Shown here: positions 57,049-64,000 of the stretch, piece after piece
Layout of the letters: the number at the start of each line of letters is the position of its first letter
Numbering within the stretch: position 1 is the stretch's first letter
From: Candidatus Latescibacterota bacterium
Lineage (GTDB): Bacteria > Latescibacterota > UBA2968
NCBI GenBank assembly: GCA_965204375.1
Contig: OZ241986.1
Span: forward strand, 1,056,001 to 1,120,000
Reading direction: 5' to 3'
DNA: 64,000 nt
Notes under the pieces: model-generated
Databases searched by the model: none
The model's input: the letters and a program-made list of their open reading frames with translations, nothing else
Told to the model about the DNA's origin: nothing
Position numbers and translations under genes: made by a program

Positions 57049-57867
57049 TCAAAGACATAAGGTTTCCAACAATTCTATCACGGGTACCATAGATGCGTCG
57101 TTGCAGATTACAACATCGTAAGCGCGTAGATATGTAGCGCGATTTTCTTCGACCGCTTCGTTCAAAAATCCCACGCGAATGATACAGTTCGCCCGGGCGT
57201 CGTTTACCATCTGTGCATCTTCTATGGTGTCTCCCAGGAGGAGGACGCAGCCTTGTGGTGTATTTGCATGACGCGCTTTGTTAAAGCTGTGGATTACCGG
57301 TTCGCAAAATCCCGCTACCGCGCCAGGTGTATCGAATATCAATTTGTTTGCCGTTATTGCCACATTTGAAGTGAGTAATGTTCTGACTTTTAAGTATTTC
57401 GCAATTACGTTGCCAATGCCTGCGGATAAAATTAACAGGGGGATCTCTCTGTCTGCCAATATTTTAAAAAGATCGATGGAACCATCGCGCAAGCGCATGA
57501 AATCACGGATAGCAATGTCTTCTATTACCTCCTCGGTAAGTCCATATTTCTGCATCATCGCAAGTGCAGCCATCCACCAGTCGCGCATGGCTTTTTGTTT
57601 TTCACGGTGCGAGATTGTCTGCGATATTTCAATGGGGCGATACCGCGCGTACAGGTGATCCATTTCAACGCGGTATGCCTCTCCCAAATAGGCTCCGTGC
57701 GCAATTACCGAATAGGAGGTCGCATCTTGCCCTTCTTCTGTTCGCGCTTTTGTCAATGTGCGGTCCCAATCGCTGACCACACACAGTTGCTCGTTTTTCG
57801 TCTGACTTTTCAATTGCGCGATTTTGTCCTGCAGGGCGGCCTGATCAGCAATTAATACATGGTCCAT
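57049..57867 (-). CDS. Pyrimidine 5'-nucleotidase (UMPH-1/cN-III) family HAD phosphatase
   Basis: VVSDWDRTLT, M.DWW, LRDG, SAGIG, IHSFNK, LLGD...D..M, VGFLN, YDVVI.ND. Confidence 0.82.
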   Translation of the reverse strand: MDHVLIADQAALQDKIAQLKSQTKNEQLCVVSDWDRTLTKARTEEGQDATSYSVIAHGAYLGEAYRVEMDHLYARYRPIEISQTISHREKQKAMRDWWMAALAMMQKYGLTEEVIEDIAIRDFMRLRDGSIDLFKILADREIPLLILSAGIGNVIAKYLKVRTLLTSNVAITANKLIFDTPGAVAGFCEPVIHSFNKARHANTPQGCVLLLGDTIEDAQMVNDARANCIIRVGFLNEAVEENRATYLRAYDVVICNDASMVPVIELLETLCL

Positions 57868-57869
57868 AG

Positions 57870-59066
57870 TTATTCTTCAATCCGCTCGCTGATCTCACCG
57901 GTTTCTTTGTCTTTTACAATTCGTTTCAAGCGTCCATCGGGCATGCGCTCGGTTTTCAGGGTGGCAAATCGCGTTTCTGTTTCTGCCAATGCTGTTTCTC
58001 GATCCACTTCACCACCGCGCCATTCCATTTCTATAGGCTCCCATTGTTTTGTTTTTGCCGATTTGTAACACGCATCTATAATCGCATTGACGACATAGCC
58101 GTCGTACAGTGTTTCCATTGGTTCGCGTCCTTCATCCCACGCGTTGAACATATCTACAAACATGTCTGAATATCCCAATTCGGCCACTTCGTCGCCCACG
58201 GGGAAGAGCCATCCCGTATCGCCTTCGGCTTTTTCCGCCACATAACCCCCTTGTCCCACAGCCGTGAACATGTCAAATCCCGTGCGCAACCAGTGGTTGA
58301 GCCAGATTGTTCCTTCTGTGCCCGCCACTTCGTCCCGCAGGTCCATGCCTCCGCGAAATGCCCATCCGACTTCAAATTGGCCCATGGATCCATTTTCAAA
58401 TTTGATCAGTCCGATCCCGTGATCCTCTGCTTCGACTGGATGTACGAGTGTGTCGGACCAGCACATCGCTTCGACCGGGCGAATGCCTTTGCCGATGAAG
58501 TTGCGAATGATTTCAATGCAGTGACACCCCATATCGACAATTGCGCCGCCACCTGCTTTGTCTATGTCCCAGAACCAATCGCTGTGGGGACCAGGGTGTG
58601 TTTCGCGCGATCGCACCCACAAGATGCGTCCCAGTGCGCCGTTTTTTACGGATTCGAGGGCTTTTAAGGTTTTTGGGGGATATACCAGGTCTTCGAGATA
58701 CCCGCCAAATACACCCGCTTTTTCCACTGCATTCAGGATTTGCCGGGCTTCATCAGCGGTGCGTCCGAGGGGTTTGGTACACAATACGGCTTTGCCAGCC
58801 TGTGCCGCGAGTGTTGCGGCTTCGAGGTGCAGGTCGTTGGGTAAGCCGATTACCACGCCGTCGGTTTCTTCGTCTTCAATTGCGGCTTTGAGATCTGTTG
58901 TCCATTTTGGTATGTCCCATTCTTCCGCAAATGTCCTGGCGCGTTCTTCGGTCCGCGAATACACGACCTGTACGCGATCAATTCCCCGATGTCTGTGCAA
59001 GGTCATGGTGTAAAACATTCCGATCAGTCCGGTTCCCAACATGGTCAATTTATGTCCTTCAGCCAT
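57870..59066 (-). CDS. Gfo/Idh/MocA family oxidoreductase
   Basis: [23 protein letters not shown]; AAGGAG RBS before MAEGHK. Confidence 0.9.
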   Translation of the reverse strand: MAEGHKLTMLGTGLIGMFYTMTLHRHRGIDRVQVVYSRTEERARTFAEEWDIPKWTTDLKAAIEDEETDGVVIGLPNDLHLEAATLAAQAGKAVLCTKPLGRTADEARQILNAVEKAGVFGGYLEDLVYPPKTLKALESVKNGALGRILWVRSRETHPGPHSDWFWDIDKAGGGAIVDMGCHCIEIIRNFIGKGIRPVEAMCWSDTLVHPVEAEDHGIGLIKFENGSMGQFEVGWAFRGGMDLRDEVAGTEGTIWLNHWLRTGFDMFTAVGQGGYVAEKAEGDTGWLFPVGDEVAELGYSDMFVDMFNAWDEGREPMETLYDGYVVNAIIDACYKSAKTKQWEPIEMEWRGGEVDRETALAETETRFATLKTERMPDGRLKRIVKDKETGEISERIEE

Positions 59067-59096
59067 TTTAAACTCCTTGAAAAAAGTTATCGGCAA

Positions 59097-59627
59097 TCAT
59101 CCAAACAGCGTCGGTTGAAGCACGCCTTCATGCGTTAAGAGAAATTTTTTCTTGTCCATCCCTCCAGCATATCCCGTTAGATGACCAGATGCACCGATTA
59201 CGCGGTGACACGGTACCACTATTGCCACGGGATTTTTGCCATTGGCCGCGCCCACGGCTTGCGATGCGTCTGCATTGCCCAATGCGTGGGCGAGGTCTCC
59301 GTAAGTTCGCGTTTCTCCAAAGGGTATCTCCAGCAATAATTTCCACACGCGCTTTTGAAAATTTGTTCCGCTCAGGTTCAGTGGTAAATCAAAAATTTTC
59401 AGCTTCCCATTAAAATACATCGCGAGTTGCTCGACCGCCGCATTTATGATCGGATGATTTACCGCGCGAGATAGATTTATCTTTGCCTGTTCCGTACGAT
59501 CACCCTCAAACGCAATCGCATGTACGCCATTATCTGAGGCAAAGACAGTCAACGGTCCCAGTGGGCTTACCACATCTTTGCATACGGTCTCTTGTGACAA
59601 TTGCTTTAACATCTGTAAATCTAACAC
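59097..59627 (-). CDS. ogt: Methylated-DNA--protein-cysteine methyltransferase
   Basis: GTNFQ..VW, IPFGET.TY, PCHRV active site, GYAGG. Confidence 0.93.
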   Translation of the reverse strand: MLDLQMLKQLSQETVCKDVVSPLGPLTVFASDNGVHAIAFEGDRTEQAKINLSRAVNHPIINAAVEQLAMYFNGKLKIFDLPLNLSGTNFQKRVWKLLLEIPFGETRTYGDLAHALGNADASQAVGAANGKNPVAIVVPCHRVIGASGHLTGYAGGMDKKKFLLTHEGVLQPTLFG

Positions 59628-59671
59628 AGTGACCTCCGTGAAAGCGAGATAAGTCTTCTCTTACATTATAC

Positions 59672-59712
59672 AAAAAAACGGGACGTATGCTCAAAAGAAC
59701 ATACATCCCGTT
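59672..59712 (-). terminator. Terminator after response regulator
   Basis: AACGGGACGTATG / CATACATCCCGTT stem with T-run on minus strand. Confidence 0.65.
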
Positions 59713-59733
59713 AGGGGAGAAAGATAGATTGGT

Positions 59734-60423
59734 TTACTCAATCGGCTTAAAACAGTATCCCACGCCTCGTACCGTGCGGATCATTTCCTGTGCTGTGCCC
59801 AGTTTTGCGCGCATGCGACGAATATGTGCATCTACCATCCGTCCATTGCCCAGATGGTTGTATCCCCATACGGCGTTGAGCAAATCTCTGCGCGATTGTA
59901 CGCGTCCGGCGCGTTCCATCAGTGTGAATAGCAATTGAAATTCAATTGGCGTCAAATTTTTGGTTTCATTTTCTACGGTCACTTTGTGTGCGGTTTTATC
60001 TACACTTAAAGTGCCATAGGCAAGGCGATCATCACTTTGCTGATTGACCTGATTCACCCGCTGTAAAATGCCCCGAATCCGCAATATGAGTTCCCGCAGG
60101 GAAAATGGTTTTACGATATAATCATCTACGCCGAGTTCAAAAGCCAGTACCCGATCCACTTCATGGCGCCGCGCAGAGAGGATGCAAATTGGTATTGCGC
60201 GTGTTCTGGGTTCTCGCTTTACTTCTTTACAGAAGTCAAATCCATTCATCCCCGGCAAGATCAGGTCCATTAAGATCAGATCTGGAATGCGCTGGTTCAA
60301 AATATCCAGTGCAGTCTCAGCATCGTTAGAACTCACCACATCAAAACCCGTTTTTTCCAGGTTATAGCGGATGGTTTCGACGATGTCGGGTTCATCTACT
60401 ATAATGAGAATCTGTTCGGGCAC
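59734..60423 (-). CDS. OmpR/PhoB family response regulator
   Basis: Receiver (DLILMDL.LPG, KPF) plus winged helix (LT..EF.LL, VWG, VD.HIRR, RTVRGVGY). Confidence 0.92.
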   Translation of the reverse strand: MPEQILIIVDEPDIVETIRYNLEKTGFDVVSSNDAETALDILNQRIPDLILMDLILPGMNGFDFCKEVKREPRTRAIPICILSARRHEVDRVLAFELGVDDYIVKPFSLRELILRIRGILQRVNQVNQQSDDRLAYGTLSVDKTAHKVTVENETKNLTPIEFQLLFTLMERAGRVQSRRDLLNAVWGYNHLGNGRMVDAHIRRMRAKLGTAQEMIRTVRGVGYCFKPIE

Positions 60424-60596
60424 GGCAACCTGTCCTCGCTCGCGTATAGAAGTGAAAATAGAGCGAGTTTATACTACTGTACACAGGTCACAGTCCTATT
60501 TCAAATGTGTTGCGGTTAAGTGACAATTTTGAGAGATACAAGCAGTTAGTTATCAATCCGTCGATTTTAGAGGGTTTTTCGTTTCCAATCTCGCCC

Positions 60597-60625
60597 TTGA
60601 ATCCCCTTGTATTCCGTGTTATATT
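60597..60625 (+). promoter_or_regulatory. sigma70-type extended -10 promoter
   Basis: TTGAAT-N17-TATATT with TG at the extended -10 position. Confidence 0.5.
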
Positions 60626-60674
60626 GGACGGTCTTTATAGCCTTCACCATTTCACTTAAGATAGGTACAACGTC

Positions 60675-61505
60675 ATGGCAGAATATAAAAAGCCAGTAGA
60701 TGTACTACTTACACTTGGCGATGCACGAGATTCTTTGGGAAAATGGCCCGATTATTCGGAATACGGAATTGGTGCAGAACATATTCCCGATTTGATCCGA
60801 ATGGCGACTGATCCAGAATTGAATTGGGCAGATTCAGACAGTCTGGAAGTTTGGGCACCGATTTATGCATGGCGGGCATTGGGACAGTTACAGGCTGAAG
60901 AGGCGATTGAACCTCTCCTCACTTTGTTTCACGAATTGGAAGACAGTGATTGGGTCGGGGAGGAATTACCCAGAGTATATGGCATGATCGGACCAACGGC
61001 GATTCCCGCTCTTACGGCGTATCTTGCGGATACTTCTCGCGGTATATCTCCTCGAATTAGTGCAGCACATGCGCTGGCTGAAATTGGGATGTCACATGCC
61101 GAAGCAGAGGAGGCATGTATTGCCGCTTTAACGCAGCAACTGGAGGCGTTTCGGAAAAATGACCGCGAGTTGAATGGATTTCTGATCAGTTATCTGGTTG
61201 ATCTGCAAGCGATAGAAACAGCACCGCTTATGCAAAGAGCTTATGCGGCTGGTCGTGTGGATGAGATAGTTATGGGAGATTGGGAAGATGTGCAGGTTGC
61301 GTTGGGATTGAAATCTTATGTCGAAAGAGATGCCGACTTCTTCATGGACGATATTGAAGACGTTGATCCTGAAGACAGACCCTTTGCCTTCAAGCCTCAG
61401 AGTGCGGCAAAACGCAAGAAAGCAAAAACAAAACGAAATATGGCGCGAAAATCTCGAAAGCAGAATCGAAAGAAGAAGAAGAAAAGAAAAAAGAAGAAGA
61501 GATAG
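60675..61505 (+). CDS. HEAT-repeat/DUF1186-like protein with basic C-terminal tail
   Basis: WAPIYAWRALGQL.A.EAI.PL helical repeats, VDE..GDWEDV; K/R-rich tail. Confidence 0.72.
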   Translation: MAEYKKPVDVLLTLGDARDSLGKWPDYSEYGIGAEHIPDLIRMATDPELNWADSDSLEVWAPIYAWRALGQLQAEEAIEPLLTLFHELEDSDWVGEELPRVYGMIGPTAIPALTAYLADTSRGISPRISAAHALAEIGMSHAEAEEACIAALTQQLEAFRKNDRELNGFLISYLVDLQAIETAPLMQRAYAAGRVDEIVMGDWEDVQVALGLKSYVERDADFFMDDIEDVDPEDRPFAFKPQSAAKRKKAKTKRNMARKSRKQNRKKKKKRKKKKR

Positions 61506-61506
61506 G

Positions 61507-61558
61507 GAAGTGAGAAGTGTAAAAGAATCCACTAAGGACACGAAGTTACACGAAGGGG
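61507..61558 (+). repeat. Dispersed ~50 bp intergenic repeat, copy 2
   Basis: GAAGTGAGAAGTGTAAAAGAATCCACTAAGGACACGAAGTTACACGAAGGGG. Confidence 0.8.
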
Positions 61559-61653
61559 AACTGGGGGCTGGTTGGACTGACTACTGACTACTGACGGCGG
61601 TCCCATTAATCCAGAGTTCTGATTCACTGAGATCGACATAGTCATTCCAAATA

Positions 61654-62439
61654 ATGCCATATAACCAAATCGCCGACTATGTTCTTTACCACGACGGTAA
61701 TCCTGCAATCGTAATTGAATCCAAAAAATTGGTTGAGCCTCTACAGGGAGGAAAAGCTCTGGACCAGGGTATATTATACTGCGCTTATACAGGTGCAGGT
61801 TACTTCATCTTGACTGATGGGAACAGTTGGGAATTGTATGAGTCTGGTAAAACTTCCCCAATAACAAGTTTTGATCTAACCGGTGGATCGGCGGCGGATG
61901 CGTGCTTGAAGGCGTTGGCTCTGTGGAAACCCAGTGTAATTTCAGGCCAGATTGCTGTTGGAGCAACGCCCGTTATTGGATTGCCTGATAATCAGACACG
62001 TACAACCGATCCTCAGCCCGTTGAAGAAAGTACTGTTCAGCCAACGCCGTCTGTTTCAGATGAAGATGGATGGGTGCCGCTTTCAGAGTTGAATCCAGAT
62101 CTAAAGACTCAACCACCAACTAAAATAATGTTTCCCGATGGATCACAGGCACCACTCAAATTCTGGTATGATATATCGACAGAAGTTGTGCGTTGGCTTA
62201 TGGAGAACGATCATTTATCTGAGGACCAATGTCCTATTCTTCGTGGGCCTCGTTCAAAGAAATCTCTGGTGGATATCAAACCTGTTAATTCAGATGGAAC
62301 GTCTTTCAGCAATCCCAAACAAGTAGGTGCATTACACATTGATACACATGGCAATCTTCGAACTAAAATCGCGAGGGGCAAAATCATCATCGAGCATGTC
62401 GGTCAGAACCCCGCTCAATTCAAAGTCCGTCTTCTCTGA
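61654..62439 (+). pseudogene. 5'-truncated HsdR N-terminal-like PD-(D/E)xK nuclease domain protein
   Basis: ADYVL...P..VIESKK, Q...Y, LTDG..W.LY start immediately; usual upstream N-terminal segment missing; no RBS. Confidence 0.6.
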
Positions 62440-62446
62440 CCACGGC

Positions 62447-62475
62447 GAGCGGTCACAAGAGATTGCTCCTACAAC
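62447..62475 (-). repeat. REP-like GTAG palindrome
   Basis: Reverse complement GTTGTAGGAGCAATCTCTTGTGACCGCTC: GTAG followed by imperfect stem. Confidence 0.5.
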
Positions 62476-62609
62476 GGACTTGAGACGGTGTTAGACGGGT
62501 TTTTCTACTCTGAGTTGCAGGTTGTAGCCTGTGCGCTTCTCGCATTTCATCTGCGTTTATCTGCGGATACTCGCCTTTCTTTTGTGACTTTTGTGGCTTT
62601 TTCGACTTT

Positions 62610-62650
62610 ATCCTGATCATCCTTTCATCCTGCGAATCCTGATTCTGACA
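62610..62650 (-). repeat. Dispersed AGGAT-core repeat element, copy 2
   Basis: Reverse complement TGTCAGAATCAGGATTCGCAGGATGAAAGGATGATCAGGAT. Confidence 0.75.
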
Positions 62651-62656
62651 GTTTTC

Positions 62657-64000
62657 ATGGCCCTTTCATCTGAAATACAAGCTGAAACATCTCCCGCGCC
62701 GGATACGATAACGTTTCGGTCTATTTTGTTGGGGCTGGTGACCATTGCGGTTGCGACGTGGTATATGAGCTATTTTGCGGGGAATCTGGTCAAGAGCTAT
62801 TTGCCCGTGGCTGCTTTGATTCCCTTTGTGATGTGGGTGGGGATCAATGTGGGGCTGATTCATTTCGCGCCGCGCTTCGCGCTGTCTCGCATTGAGTTGC
62901 TCACGATATTTTCGATGATGTGGATTGTCGGGAGTTTGCCCGCGGTGGGGTGGGGGTTTTATGCGGTGAGCCTGATTCCGTCGCCAGAGTTTTTCGCATC
63001 GCCGGAAAATCGCTTGCGAGATGCGGTCATTCCCTTTTTGCCCGGGTGGTTCTTTTTGGACGCCAATATACCCGATGTGCGGGCGGTGTACACCGGGCGA
63101 CACCGCGGCGATCCCGTGCCGTGGTTGCTGTGGGTGCGGCCTTTTTTCTGGTGGTTTGTCGGCTGTATCAGCGCGGTGATGGCGGGATTTTTCGGCAGCG
63201 TGCTCTTCTTTAAGCAGTGGCAGGAAAAAGAGCGTCTGGTCTTTCCCATGTCCGAATTTCCCGTGGCTTTGATCGAGGGTGCTGATGAAGGCCGCGTGCC
63301 CGTTGTGTTGCGAGACAAAGTTTTCTGGATCGGGTTCTGGTGTGTGGCCGGTGTGATTTGCTGGAATATTGTGGGGTATTTTCAGCTCAATATGCCCCGG
63401 ATTACGATTTTTGATCACTATCTCACCAAAGCCGTGGATTTGGGGCCGTATTTTCCTGCGTATTATTTGCGCGTGCAACCGCTGATTATGGGCCTGGCAT
63501 ATCTCTGTCCGGCCGATATTTTGTTCAGTGTGTGGTTTTACAATGTGATCAATATTTTTAAGGTGGGGCTGCTAAATCGAACGGGCTTTACGGTGGGATT
63601 AGAGGGGCAGCCCGCCAAGGCCGGTGAGATTGCGATGCTCGAGATGCACGGCGCACTGGCGTGTCTGGTGCTGTGGTCGGTGTGGGTTGCGCGGAAGCAC
63701 TTGAGGGAGACGGTGCAAAAGGCTTTGAACCGTTCCCGCGCCGTTGATGATGGCGTGCCCGTTACGTATCGCACGGCCTGGGTTGGTCTGGGTTTGGCAA
63801 CGGTTGGTGTCGGCGGTTGGATGATGTCCTCGGGAGTGGGGTTCTGGGCAATGGCAGGGCAACTCATTTTGATGTTTATGTGTTATTTCGGCATTGCGAA
63901 ATACGCGGCAGCAACCGGATTTACCTATCTCAATCCCGCTGGCGGTAAGGGCGTGGCGCTAATTCACTCTGTGATTGGTACCTCGAGCCTTTCGCCCACG
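62657..64000 (+). CDS. Polytopic membrane protein, DUF6785-like (partial, runs off window; absent from ORF track)
   Basis: Manual translation MALSSEIQAETSPAPDTITFRSILLGLV...LSRIELL...FASPENR...QWQEKERLVFPM; many TM helices. Confidence 0.8.
   Translation, partial: MALSSEIQAETSPAPDTITFRSILLGLVTIAVATWYMSYFAGNLVKSYLPVAALIPFVMWVGINVGLIHFAPRFALSRIELLTIFSMMWIVGSLPAVGWGFYAVSLIPSPEFFASPENRLRDAVIPFLPGWFFLDANIPDVRAVYTGRHRGDPVPWLLWVRPFFWWFVGCISAVMAGFFGSVLFFKQWQEKERLVFPMSEFPVALIEGADEGRVPVVLRDKVFWIGFWCVAGVICWNIVGYFQLNMPRITIFDHYLTKAVDLGPYFPAYYLRVQPLIMGLAYLCPADILFSVWFYNVINIFKVGLLNRTGFTVGLEGQPAKAGEIAMLEMHGALACLVLWSVWVARKHLRETVQKALNRSRAVDDGVPVTYRTAWVGLGLATVGVGGWMMSSGVGFWAMAGQLILMFMCYFGIAKYAAATGFTYLNPAGGKGVALIHSVIGTSSLSPT

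Noticed and set aside
60470-60530. Pho-box-like repeats upstream of the response regulator
   Set aside because: Repeats are irregular and lack the 11-bp period
61507-61600. CRISPR-like array
   Set aside because: Units are 7-10 bp without unique spacers; no cas genes
62666-63478. 270-aa minus-strand ORF in the track
   Set aside because: Antisense to the membrane protein gene starting at 62657 that runs off the window

Overview
Bacterial chromosomal segment of moderate GC. The gene content (DUF6785-like membrane protein, PhyH, sulfatase, PQQ-propeller and several Gfo/Idh/MocA genes) suggests a Latescibacterota/Gemmatimonadota-like organism; this is inference only. 1-25 kb is mostly housekeeping: minus-strand bioB-mnmG-sirB1-smpB-DnaC-like ATPase-rph-rdgB, and divergent plus-strand TPR-methyltransferase-efp-accB-accC-gcvH-HNH-trpS-scpA-scpB-rluB-cmk-plsC-rpsA-mtaB-mutS. 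28.1-30.2 kb is an AT-rich islet with a sigma54-type promoter architecture upstream of a membrane-anchored BlaI-like wHTH protein and a frameshifted beta-barrel gene. 30.2-39.5 kb is a minus-strand cluster with a corrinoid methyl-transfer module (MtaA/CmuA-type methyltransferase, corrinoid protein, RACo activator, stand-alone homocysteine methyltransferase) plus Gfo, HAD, ADP-ribosylglycohydrolase and NanA-like genes. 39.6-53.2 kb is a decaying catabolic accessory region with many gene fragments, bracketed by two paralogous Gfo genes. The right end holds uppP, a eukaryote-type pyrimidine 5'-nucleotidase, ogt, an orphan response regulator and a membrane protein running off the window. No rRNA, tRNA, CRISPR array, integrase or transposase was seen. 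Best leads: the corrinoid-to-homocysteine module lacking a folate-binding partner, the sigma54 islet, the probable AUC-initiated DnaC-like gene in frame behind the smpB stop, two unannotated small membrane proteins, and families of short intergenic repeats.
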